Below are positions 16,445 through 25,745 of a DNA stretch of 64,000 nucleotides, one piece after another. Within the stretch, counting starts at the first letter, position 1; each line of letters opens with the position of its first letter. Source of the DNA: Bdellovibrionales bacterium RIFOXYD12_FULL_39_22 (GTDB lineage Bacteria; Bdellovibrionota; Bacteriovoracia; Bacteriovoracales; Bacteriovoracaceae); the NCBI GenBank assembly GCA_001770205.1, contig MEQL01000051.1, positions 1 to 64,000 on the forward strand, written 5' to 3'. Made by a program: the position numbers and the translations under genes. The notes beneath the pieces were generated by a model. It worked only from the letters and a program-made list of their open reading frames with translations, was not told where the DNA came from and made no database searches.

Positions 16445-18882
16445 TGGCCAGCTCCCCCATTTTCACTTTTCTCTAGTACGGCCAAAGCAATTTTTTCGGC
16501 AGTAATAGGCATCGATTTAATTCGAATGCCCAATGCATCTTCTACAGCATTTCCAACCATTGGTGCGGCCGGAATCATGGTGTGCTCTCCTACTCCTCTT
16601 GCTCCGAATGGGCCATCTGGCTGTGGCCTTTCCACAATAATAGAAATAATTTCTTCTGGTACATCTAAAGTGGTAGGAATTTTATAATCGGTAAAATTAG
16701 AATTTAATAACTTTCCTTTGTCATCAAAACGCATATCCTCATAAAGCACCGTGGCCAGTCCTTGCAAAAGTCCGCCAGTAATTTGGCCTTTGACTAAATC
16801 TGGGTTCAGAGCACATCCAGCATCTACGGCAAAGGCAACTTTATTAATTTTAATTTTACCACTCTCTTTATCAATGGCCAGATCAACTGCTGCAGCACCA
16901 ACCGTATAGTGAACGTTGGGTTTCCCTCCTTGTCCAGTGGCCGGATCACTCATGGCCGAAGCAAATTCTGGCATGAACATTCCTCGGCCAATAATAGGCC
17001 CTCCGCGAAAAGTACCATCTTTTTGTCCAATCCCATTGATAATAAACTCGGAAAATTTTAAAGAAAATTTTCCATCTTTCTTGGATTTTACGGCCTCATC
17101 TTCTAGATATAGATCCTCTTGTTGCATTTCCAAGGCCCGCGCAACTAATTTAAAAATTTGATCTCTCGCATCTTCTGCCGCTCGCTTGACCGCATTTCCA
17201 CAAGACCAAGTTATATGTGAGGCCACGGTTTGCCACTCATAGGGATTGCGATCGGTGTCGGGAGTTTCACAGCGAATTTTATGCGGAGGAACAGATAAAA
17301 TTTCGGCGGCAATCTGTGCCATAACAGTGAAATAGCCTTGGCCAATTTCCATGGCCGATAGCAAAATATTTAAACTTCCATCTTCATTAAATTTTAAAAA
17401 ACAAGAAGAAGAGGCATTAGGGGGCATGGCCGGGGCCTTCCAAAATAGAGAAAAACCTTTTCCATGAACAATGTTGGATTTATTCTTATTATCCTCTGGA
17501 TATTTTTTCCCCCACTCTATTGCTTTTGCTACTTTGGTTATACATTCATGTAATCCATTGGGATTCATACTAGCACCATAGGCCAATTTATCTCCCTCTG
17601 CGATCGCATTTTTTAAACGAAAATCCACAGCATCTAATTTTAATTTTTTGGCCATCTCGTTAATGTGCGACTCCAGTCCAAATAGAAATTCTGAATAACC
17701 AAACCCACGATATGGCCCACCAGGTGGCAAATTAGTATAGACACAAACTGAATCAATTTTTACGTTGGCAATTCGGTAAGGGCCAGTGGCGGAAAGGCCG
17801 GCAGCATTAACCACGTTTGCGCCATATTCTACATACGCCCCCGCATCCCAATAAAGTAACTGCTCTAGCGCTGTAATCGTTCCATCTTTTTTTACTCCCA
17901 TTTTAATTTTAGCATGCACTCCTTGGCGCTGATAGGTATTATAAAACTCTTGTGAGCGACTCCAAATTACTTTTACTGGCAGGCCGCGCACACAGGTGGC
18001 CAAGGCCGCCGCCAAAATTTCCATGGAGACTCCGGCCTTTCCACCAAAACCTCCTCCTACATAGGGAGTGATAACTCGAATATCTTTGTGGGTAAAACCC
18101 AATGGGGCCAAGGCCTCAACAAAAAGATGTCGCTGTGTATGAGGTGATTGCGATGCTGTCCACATAGTAAGACGGCCAGAGTGATCGCACAATCCAACCG
18201 AGGCATGAGTTTCAATTGCACAGTGAGCATAGCGAGGAACGGTATATTCATCTTCTAAGATATAGTCGGCCTCTTGAAAACCACTTTCCAAATCGCCCTT
18301 TCTAATTTTACGAAAATGGGCAATATTGGAGTTATCTTGCGGAAAAAACCAAGGAACATGAGTATATTCGGAGAGTTTAGGGTGAATCATATTTTTAGGA
18401 TTATGGCCAAATTCCTTCTCACTACTTCGTTTATTTTCTTTTTTACTGCTTAATCCCAAGGCATCATAAACGGACAAAATTGGTTTAAGCTCTTCATATT
18501 TTACTTCCACCAATTTGGCGGCCCTTTGGGCGGTGGCCTCGTCACGAGCGATAACTGCCGCGACTTGCTCTCCGATAAAACGCACCCGATCCTGGGCAAA
18601 AATATAGCGATCATGCATATAAAGGCCAAAGCGGAAAGGAAATTCATTTCCCGTAACTACACGAACTACTCCTGGAATTTTTTCTGCCTTTTTCGTATTG
18701 ATAGATAAAATTTTTGCATGAGCATAAGGTGATTCTACAATAGCAGCATAAAGTAGAGAATTTCCAAAATCAATATCATCGACATATTTTGCCGCCCCAG
18801 TAATCTTCTCTTTCCCATCCACTCGTTTTGTATTTTTTCCAATGTATTTGAATTTAGCAGATGCCTGATTATCTTCCTTCAC
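16441..18882 (-). CDS. molybdenum hydroxylase (xanthine dehydrogenase family) large Mo-binding subunit
   Basis: RVDGKEKITGAAKY, ASQSPH, GGGFGGK, YRGFG, EIGQG, GPFGARGVGE. Probable GTG start 18882 after AAAGGAGG. Confidence 0.92.
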   Translation of the reverse strand: MKEDNQASAKFKYIGKNTKRVDGKEKITGAAKYVDDIDFGNSLLYAAIVESPYAHAKILSINTKKAEKIPGVVRVVTGNEFPFRFGLYMHDRYIFAQDRVRFIGEQVAAVIARDEATAQRAAKLVEVKYEELKPILSVYDALGLSSKKENKRSSEKEFGHNPKNMIHPKLSEYTHVPWFFPQDNSNIAHFRKIRKGDLESGFQEADYILEDEYTVPRYAHCAIETHASVGLCDHSGRLTMWTASQSPHTQRHLFVEALAPLGFTHKDIRVITPYVGGGFGGKAGVSMEILAAALATCVRGLPVKVIWSRSQEFYNTYQRQGVHAKIKMGVKKDGTITALEQLLYWDAGAYVEYGANVVNAAGLSATGPYRIANVKIDSVCVYTNLPPGGPYRGFGYSEFLFGLESHINEMAKKLKLDAVDFRLKNAIAEGDKLAYGASMNPNGLHECITKVAKAIEWGKKYPEDNKNKSNIVHGKGFSLFWKAPAMPPNASSSCFLKFNEDGSLNILLSAMEIGQGYFTVMAQIAAEILSVPPHKIRCETPDTDRNPYEWQTVASHITWSCGNAVKRAAEDARDQIFKLVARALEMQQEDLYLEDEAVKSKKDGKFSLKFSEFIINGIGQKDGTFRGGPIIGRGMFMPEFASAMSDPATGQGGKPNVHYTVGAAAVDLAIDKESGKIKINKVAFAVDAGCALNPDLVKGQITGGLLQGLATVLYEDMRFDDKGKLLNSNFTDYKIPTTLDVPEEIISIIVERPQPDGPFGARGVGEHTMIPAAPMVGNAVEDALGIRIKSMPITAEKIALAVLEKSENGGAGH

Positions 18883-19363
18883 AACCACATCCTCCTTTCT
18901 TCCCCTCATGTTCACACTTGCAAACCTGTGCAATAGCATCAATGATGGGAGTATATCCGGTACAACGACAAAGATTTCCGGCCAATGCCTCCCGTATCTC
19001 TTCCACTGATGGACAACAATTGTTTTCTAACAACTCATGGGCCGCAACAATAAATCCTGGAGCGCAATAGCCACATTGAAAAGAGTTATTATCCAGGAGT
19101 TTTTCTTGAATAGGAGAGATTCCATTTTGCATTAATCCTTCCAGCGTAGTGATCTCATGGCCTGCGACTTCTACCGCTAGCACTAGACAACTTTTCACAC
19201 TTTTACCATCAAGTAAAATAGTGCAAGCGCCACAATCTCCTCGATCACAACCACATTTGGGACTGGTGAGACCTAAGCGTTTGCGCAATACCTCAAGTAA
19301 AATTTCAGAAGGGTTAACTTCTAATGATCGTTTTTCGCCGTTTAATACAAATGAGATTTTCAT
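18869..19363 (-). CDS. molybdenum hydroxylase 2x[2Fe-2S] subunit
   Basis: CGCDRGDCGACT, QCGYC, NLCRCTGY. Confidence 0.95.
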   Translation of the reverse strand: MKISFVLNGEKRSLEVNPSEILLEVLRKRLGLTSPKCGCDRGDCGACTILLDGKSVKSCLVLAVEVAGHEITTLEGLMQNGISPIQEKLLDNNSFQCGYCAPGFIVAAHELLENNCCPSVEEIREALAGNLCRCTGYTPIIDAIAQVCKCEHEGKKGGCGCEGR

Positions 19364-20256
19364 AGATGAGTGATTCCATAGTGAGGCCCATGGCCTTTTA
19401 ATCTTTCGTCTGCAATTATTAATGCACGGCCTAACATCACTTTTGACATGTGCATTCGATATTTGGCAGTAGCACGAATATCGGTAATAGGAGATATTTC
19501 TTGCTCCACCAAATCATATGCCTGTTTTAAAAGCGCAGTATTAATTTCATGGCCATTTAAAAGCTTTTCAATTTTTCCTGCGCGCACCGGTATTGGTGCA
19601 ACTGCTCCAAATGCAATTCGATATTGTTTGTTAGCAAGTGCCAACACGGAAATAGAGGCCTGGGCCAAATCCTCTCCTTGGTAGCGGCCAAGCTTTATGT
19701 AGCATCCGGCCTGTTCATTGGACGGAAGAGGAATAGTTACTCCCAGCACCAACTCTCCTTTTTTAAGGGCCGTCTTTTTGGGTGCTACAAACCATTTGCT
19801 TATTGGTACCACTCTACTTCCTCCTTTCAATGATCTTAGTTCCACCTTGGCATCATAAACTGCCAAGATGGTACCACTATCCATGGATGGAACTGCTGAG
19901 CAAATGTTTCCCACCAGCGTGGCCCGATTACGAATGGCCACTGAGGCCACCGTTTTGCTCATCTCCATTACTAGCGGTAGGCGCTTATTGATTAGCTCAC
20001 TATTAATTAAATCCGAAAAGGTAACAAGTGCTCCCAAGAAAATACTTTTTTTATCTTTTGCCAGTGCTATGGAATTGAGTCCTTTAATGTTTTTTAGATC
20101 GATCAAATTTTTGCAAATAGCGCGCTCTTCTTTTAGGTTGCAGATGAGATCAGTTCCTCCGGCCAGAGGGAGAGCATTTTTTTCTTTTGCTAGCAGGGAA
20201 AGCGCCCCTTTTAAATCATTTGGGCAATGATAAACAAAGTCTGATGTTATGGCCAT
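19360..20256 (-). CDS. molybdenum hydroxylase FAD-binding subunit
   Basis: AGGTDL, IRNRATLVGNI, PITDIRATAKYR. Probable start 20256. Confidence 0.93.
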   Translation of the reverse strand: MAITSDFVYHCPNDLKGALSLLAKEKNALPLAGGTDLICNLKEERAICKNLIDLKNIKGLNSIALAKDKKSIFLGALVTFSDLINSELINKRLPLVMEMSKTVASVAIRNRATLVGNICSAVPSMDSGTILAVYDAKVELRSLKGGSRVVPISKWFVAPKKTALKKGELVLGVTIPLPSNEQAGCYIKLGRYQGEDLAQASISVLALANKQYRIAFGAVAPIPVRAGKIEKLLNGHEINTALLKQAYDLVEQEISPITDIRATAKYRMHMSKVMLGRALIIADERLKGHGPHYGITHL

Positions 20257-21074
20257 TTGCTCTCTCCGGTCATGGCCACAATTCGGCACATTGCTGATTC
20301 TAATTCAATGCCTTTTAACGGAAAACATCCAATCCAAGCGCGCTTATTTTTTATCAAATTTATTTCTCCACCTAAGTTTTCTGCATGCACAATGCCTTTG
20401 GGGAAAAGTTTTAAATGCATTACTTGATAATAAATATCTTGTGGAAAAAATTCATCCCAACTTTTTCCATACTCACTTTTTATTTTTGCCTCTGCTTCCA
20501 AAAATTTACTTGGATGCCATTGGCGAATAATTGTATTCATGGGGTGATCCGCGCTACCACAATCTACTCCAATCCAATTAATCTCCATATCCATGCACCA
20601 CTGATGAAATTCTGGAGCAGGCCCTGGGTGTTTTACAAAATAGCGAATTTCATCACAATTTGGTTGATCCCAGGCATATCTGTTATAACCAGTATTGATA
20701 ATTAAAATATCTCCTTTTTTTACCTCTACTCGATCCGTGATCATCTTTGGTGTATATAGACTATAATCAGAAACAGCATCAGAAATATCTACGACAACTC
20801 CTGGCCCTACCCACTCATCAAGAGGAACCTTCCCAATGGCCCTTCCCGCAGAATAAAAGTGAATCTCTCCATCCATATGGGTTCCCACATGATTGGAAGT
20901 GGTAATAATTTGGCCATTGGCGCCCTGCCCCATATGTGCTCCTGCAATTCGTTTAAAATATTGAATCCCAAAAGGCATATAGGAAGGCCAGGGAGGAGTG
21001 TGAATACTCAAATCCTGTGTCAAATCATAAATGCGAAATCCATTCATCATTTCTAAAAATTTGGTTGATTCCAT
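20247..21074 (-). CDS. cyclase / kynurenine-formamidase-family metal-dependent amidohydrolase
   Basis: HVGTHMDGEIH metal motif, GDILIINTG, HAENLGG. ATG 21074 with RBS AGGAG. Confidence 0.9.
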   Translation of the reverse strand: MESTKFLEMMNGFRIYDLTQDLSIHTPPWPSYMPFGIQYFKRIAGAHMGQGANGQIITTSNHVGTHMDGEIHFYSAGRAIGKVPLDEWVGPGVVVDISDAVSDYSLYTPKMITDRVEVKKGDILIINTGYNRYAWDQPNCDEIRYFVKHPGPAPEFHQWCMDMEINWIGVDCGSADHPMNTIIRQWHPSKFLEAEAKIKSEYGKSWDEFFPQDIYYQVMHLKLFPKGIVHAENLGGEINLIKNKRAWIGCFPLKGIELESAMCRIVAMTGESKWP

Positions 21075-21168
21075 TTTATTTCTCCTAATCAAAGTGTGAT
21101 CTTAAAAGGATAAGAAATTAGATAGAAGTACGCAATGAATTTCAGTGAGCTATATTAGATATGGATCT

Positions 21169-22578
21169 TTAATGGGATAATAACCCTTTCACAAATTCTT
21201 CATAGGCCAATTTAAAAGGCATGGCCGGTGCAGATAAGACTCCGGCACCTACCTGTCCTATCCCTGCTTTCTTGTGAGCAACTCCCGTATCAATAAAGGG
21301 CAAAATATTCTTTTCCACCACCTTAATTAGATCGATTCCCGTAGGAGTTCCTCGGAAATTTAAGTAAGGAATTTGATAAACACTGTTTTCTCCTACCGAA
21401 ATTTCATACATCTGCATCGTATAATTGATAGCATCTTGAGCTACCCCGCCCACAAATTGCACAATGGCCGGTGAGGCGGCAATCGCAAATCCACCTAGCC
21501 CGGCAGTTTCGGTTATTGCACTATCTCCAATATCTGGATTGGCATCTGCTTTTGAAAAACCGGGGAAAAAGAGAGCATCTGGAACTTCTGCCGGGCCGAC
21601 AAACCACCGGCCATTCATCGCAGATAATTGAATCCCAAAATCAGTTCCATTTCGCGCCATGGCCGTCAACATAGAACTATTTTCAATTCCGCGCGCAGCA
21701 TCCAACGAAACTTTGGAGGCCGGCATAGAAAGATTTAAAAAGAAATGATCATTACCATTAATAAAATTTAAAACATCAATTTGCGCTTGACGCTCGGCCT
21801 TGGTTTTTAAAATATGAGGAGCAATACTACGATAAAACAAGGATGTCCCTGCACGATTTCTATTATGTAATTCATCTCCCATATGCAATGCCTGAGCAAT
21901 AATATTTTTTAAATCCACTGGCCCTGCAAAAGAGATTGCTTCTTTCAATATTGGGTATAAAGTCTTTTCCATCCAGCGAAGCTTGGTGATAACTTCCAAA
22001 GAATAGGCACCATAGCGCAAAACTTTACCCAAACCTTCATTCATGGTGCAATATGCGCGATTTTTATATTCGCTATTTTCCAAAATAAAAACTGGCATTG
22101 AAAAAGAAACCACACCGGCCATCGGCCCAACAGTTTGATGTTCGTGACAAGGAGAATATTCAACTTGAGAAGAAGCGGCCAAACTTGCTGCATCCTCCTC
22201 ATTATGGGCCAACCCCTCATATAACAATGCCCCAATAATCGCCCCCCTCATAGGTCCACACATTCGTGCCCACTCAATAGGTGGGCCGGCATGTAAGATT
22301 AGATTTTTTTTCATCCCAGGAATAACCTCTCCTGCCTGGGCCAGGCCGATTAACATCGGCCTTCCTCTATTTACAATTGCTAGCGCTTTGAGATTAGCGG
22401 CCTCAATTTTACTTCGATTTTTCTCCAATAGTTCTTGAAGTTTTTTGTCAAAAACCAGCGGAGGTTTCCAATCTACGTGCAATGACTTTGCCCCATGTGC
22501 TAGTGCGGTTTGGTGAAAACTTTCAATGCCCAAATTTATAATTTTTAATTTTTCTTTTAATAATTTATTACTACTCAT
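21169..22578 (-). CDS. DUF1116 family protein (YahG/YlbE-like)
   Basis: ILHAGPP, PCHEHQTVGPMAG, NEGLGKVLRYGA, MGDELHNRN, DIGDSAITET. Carries the YahG-type N-terminal extension (INLGIESF...VDWKPP). Confidence 0.9.
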   Translation of the reverse strand: MSSNKLLKEKLKIINLGIESFHQTALAHGAKSLHVDWKPPLVFDKKLQELLEKNRSKIEAANLKALAIVNRGRPMLIGLAQAGEVIPGMKKNLILHAGPPIEWARMCGPMRGAIIGALLYEGLAHNEEDAASLAASSQVEYSPCHEHQTVGPMAGVVSFSMPVFILENSEYKNRAYCTMNEGLGKVLRYGAYSLEVITKLRWMEKTLYPILKEAISFAGPVDLKNIIAQALHMGDELHNRNRAGTSLFYRSIAPHILKTKAERQAQIDVLNFINGNDHFFLNLSMPASKVSLDAARGIENSSMLTAMARNGTDFGIQLSAMNGRWFVGPAEVPDALFFPGFSKADANPDIGDSAITETAGLGGFAIAASPAIVQFVGGVAQDAINYTMQMYEISVGENSVYQIPYLNFRGTPTGIDLIKVVEKNILPFIDTGVAHKKAGIGQVGAGVLSAPAMPFKLAYEEFVKGLLSH

Positions 22579-22580
22579 CT

Positions 22581-24116
22581 TTAAATTCCTCTAATGATTT
22601 TAGTTGCCAAATGTGCGGCCTGTGCATTGGTAAAAACAACCACTACCCCACTCTCCTTGAGCATTTTAATCAACTCTTGTCGGTTTTGAGGATCACTATC
22701 AGTTCCAGTGACAAAACAGATAATGGGAATATGAGGCGCAAGTTTTTTTGCTTTTACTACCGTGGGAATAAACTCTCTTTGCGGATCTAAATTAGCTCCA
22801 TGTCCAATTACCAAGTCCAAAATTATAAGAGCGGTATCTGGCCGAGCAATTTCTTCTAAAATACGACGATTTCGCAAAGAAAAATCAATCATGGGGTGAG
22901 GTCGGCCCTTGGTAAATTCATCTTCTCCCAAATCAACAATACAATTTCCCTGCGAAATATTAGAATTGGCCAAAGTGGCAATCCCACTGGCCGGAGTATT
23001 AGAATATAGGGAGCTAATACCTGCTTCTTGTAAAATAAGTTGCGTCTCATAACAAAAAGTTCCACCGCTATATAGCGCCCGAATGTATTTGTCGCCAGAT
23101 GTTACATTTTTTATAGAGGTAACATCGTTATTGCATTCTAATTGCGCCCTAGGATCTACTAACCGACATGCCAGCAATGCTCCCTCTTCTAGCGTTTTTC
23201 CATAAATCATGTGATGTTTTTCTACGATCTCTTTTGTGGCGCCTAAAAAAACTGCCACCACCGGATACTTACAGCTGGCCACTTTTTTTCCAATTTCCTC
23301 TAAAACAGTCTGATGTGGCGGCTTGGCCACTAGCAAAATAACTTTGGTATTTTCGTCTTGTTCGAGCATTTCAAAGGCCTGCAAAAAAGAGATGCCTCCG
23401 ATTTTTTCTTTTATATCTCGTCCCCCAGTGCCCAATGCATGAGAAATTCCGCCTCCCATATTGTGAATAAGTGATGTTACTTCCTGCATTCCAGTGCCAG
23501 AGGCGCCGACAACTCCAATTTTACCAAGGCGCACGCTATTGGCGAAGGCCAGAGGAACTCCTCCAATAATTGCCGTACCACAATCTGGCCCCATCACCAA
23601 AAGCTGCCTTTTTTGCGCCAAAAGTTTTAATTTCAGTTCTTCTTCTATGGTTATGTTGTCTGAAAATAGCATCACATTCTGGCCAACGGTAAGAGCGGAA
23701 AAAGCTTGGGAATATGCGAATTTACCAGCAGTGGAGATTACTACTAAATTAGCACTTGGCATGATTTTGTATGCACTCTCCAATGATGTAACGGCAAAAC
23801 TGCCATTTTTCTCAGAGGATAATGTACCTCGTTTTTTTTTGGATTGAAGGAGTAATTCCTCTGCTTCATTTAATCTTTTGCTAGCAATTTCTTCATCACG
23901 GCCCAAGAGTACCAGTAATAAATCACTATCGGATACATTTGCAAAATCTTCGATATAAAGTCCTGCCGCCTTTAAAATTAATAAATTTTCCGCACTGCCC
24001 ATAACTACTGCAGAATCAATTACGCCCTCCATCTCTCTGATCTTCTTAGAAATGATCATCAAGGAGATGGAATCGAAATAATCACCTTTTTTTACAATTC
24101 CTTTAGTTACACTCAT
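22581..24116 (-). CDS. fdrA: FdrA/YahF acyl-CoA-synthetase-like protein
   Basis: YFDSISLM, FSDN, MGPDCGTA, GASGTGMQE, GTGGRD, SGGTFC, DLGEDEFTKGRPHPMID. Probable start 24116. Confidence 0.9.
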   Translation of the reverse strand: MSVTKGIVKKGDYFDSISLMIISKKIREMEGVIDSAVVMGSAENLLILKAAGLYIEDFANVSDSDLLLVLLGRDEEIASKRLNEAEELLLQSKKKRGTLSSEKNGSFAVTSLESAYKIMPSANLVVISTAGKFAYSQAFSALTVGQNVMLFSDNITIEEELKLKLLAQKRQLLVMGPDCGTAIIGGVPLAFANSVRLGKIGVVGASGTGMQEVTSLIHNMGGGISHALGTGGRDIKEKIGGISFLQAFEMLEQDENTKVILLVAKPPHQTVLEEIGKKVASCKYPVVAVFLGATKEIVEKHHMIYGKTLEEGALLACRLVDPRAQLECNNDVTSIKNVTSGDKYIRALYSGGTFCYETQLILQEAGISSLYSNTPASGIATLANSNISQGNCIVDLGEDEFTKGRPHPMIDFSLRNRRILEEIARPDTALIILDLVIGHGANLDPQREFIPTVVKAKKLAPHIPIICFVTGTDSDPQNRQELIKMLKESGVVVVFTNAQAAHLATKIIRGI

Positions 24117-24987
24117 AAAAAAACTCCAATTTATCATTGCGTTCAAGCGTCATACAAAGGCCTACCATAAAATCAACCCCGGAGGAACTTCCATAGGTGG
24201 ACAAATGATCTACGGCCGTCGATAACCTTTCTATCGGCCCTTGATTTAAGGCAGAGAGCAACTCTTTTACGGTAATAGATACTCTTCCTCTACTGGCCCA
24301 AAATAACTGCGCCGTGGAAATCAAATTTGGTCCTTGCGCCAGATGGAAAATCATTTCACCTACTTTATCTGGATTAAAACAAGTCTCTTTTCTTGTCAGA
24401 TAGATAAAACGCAATCCTACCATTACTCCCGTCAAGAAATCATCTCCTGTAGGCGTTAACCCCCCCCCCAGGCCCGCAAGCACGACAACTCCTTCTTTCC
24501 AACTGGAAGAAAAAAACAATGCAACACCTTGTACAAAATGATTCAACAAAGTGCGATCAAAGGTACTTCTTTTCAAAGCACTTATATCGCTACCACTACC
24601 CACGTCCTGCAAAAGATAAACGCTATCTGCACACTTTGCATAACTTAAAATTAATTTTTTAAACTCAGCTACCCGACATCCCCAATCCTTCTCACTCTCA
24701 ATTTCCATTTTTGAGCAATAAACTTTTCTAACGTTAGCTGGGAAATTGGGTAATATCTCAACACTAACAACAGACTCTTGGCGGTAATAATCAAGAATTG
24801 GAGGACAAACTTCAATATTCCCAGGCCCTGCGCCAATCACTGATGAAACGAGTGAAATAAGCCTTTCACTGTTTGGATCATAAAAGTTGATCACCGATGA
24901 AAAGCATGAATGCTTGAGGTAGCTACCAGCAACAATTGCGTCTCCACAACTAATAATTAAATGATTACTACTTTGACTGTTGATCAT
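24103..24987 (-). CDS. DUF2877 family protein (YahE/YlbF-like)
   Basis: GLGGGLTPTGDDFLTG and GSSSGVDFMVG motifs; adjacent to FdrA/DUF1116 genes. Confidence 0.85.
   Translation of the reverse strand: MINSQSSNHLIISCGDAIVAGSYLKHSCFSSVINFYDPNSERLISLVSSVIGAGPGNIEVCPPILDYYRQESVVSVEILPNFPANVRKVYCSKMEIESEKDWGCRVAEFKKLILSYAKCADSVYLLQDVGSGSDISALKRSTFDRTLLNHFVQGVALFFSSSWKEGVVVLAGLGGGLTPTGDDFLTGVMVGLRFIYLTRKETCFNPDKVGEMIFHLAQGPNLISTAQLFWASRGRVSITVKELLSALNQGPIERLSTAVDHLSTYGSSSGVDFMVGLCMTLERNDKLEFFYECN
24460..24469 (-). repeat. G10 homopolymer tract inside the DUF2877 gene
   Basis: Ten consecutive C on the plus strand (coding CTG GGG GGG GGG TTA); currently in frame. Confidence 0.9.
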
Positions 24988-25549
24988 CTTTTAAAAGTTT
25001 TACCATCTGTTTGAATTCTACCGAATCGGCCCGCTGCAAAAGATAAAATAGCAACGTTTCGGTATTTAAAATATAAGCACCGGCGCGTTCCATCAGTTCT
25101 AGGCCATTTTTCCAACGCAGCTTATTCGAGGAGAGGCAACAATCATTAACCACAACAACTTTGTATTTTTTTTTGATTAGATCTAATACTGTTTGCAAAA
25201 CACAGATGTGAGTTTCTAGGCCAAAAACAATGGCCAAGGGCCGCTTTTTTTTATTAAGTTTTTTTAAATTCTCCAAAAAAGTTGAAGTTTTGCAACAACT
25301 AAAAGTAACCTTATCTGTAAATGCTGGCCCATCCCAAATTGCCAAGATGTCCCGGTCGGTAGGGCCTAATCCTTTCACGTAATGTTCAGTCCCAATCATT
25401 GGTACTTTGAGCATTTTCAGCATCGAAATCGTTAGCAAAATATTCTTTTTTGCCACTTTTAAAACTTTCTCCTCGATGAGTGGATAAAATTTCTCCTGAA
25501 GATCGACCACTACTAAAAAAGCATTCTCTGCCTTCAACTTCTCCCACAT
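24968..25549 (-). CDS. isochorismatase-family cysteine hydrolase
   Basis: VVDLQEK, DKVTFSC, GLETHICVLQT (Asp-Lys-Cys triad). ATG 25549 with RBS GGAGG. Confidence 0.9.
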   Translation of the reverse strand: MWEKLKAENAFLVVVDLQEKFYPLIEEKVLKVAKKNILLTISMLKMLKVPMIGTEHYVKGLGPTDRDILAIWDGPAFTDKVTFSCCKTSTFLENLKKLNKKKRPLAIVFGLETHICVLQTVLDLIKKKYKVVVVNDCCLSSNKLRWKNGLELMERAGAYILNTETLLFYLLQRADSVEFKQMVKLLKDDQQSK

Positions 25550-25745
25550 ATAAACCTCCATGATTTGATAAATTTGTTAAATTTCTGAAATACTTTTTTT
25601 TATCCATGAAAATATTACTCTTTTTCCCTAGATCGTTAAGTAGTTTTATCAAAACAGAGCTATTTTTCTCCAAGATCTTCAGCAATCGTTGATTTGTCCC
25701 AAATAATCGTGTAGTCTCCGGTAGGCCACTTATCTCTGGGGGAGT

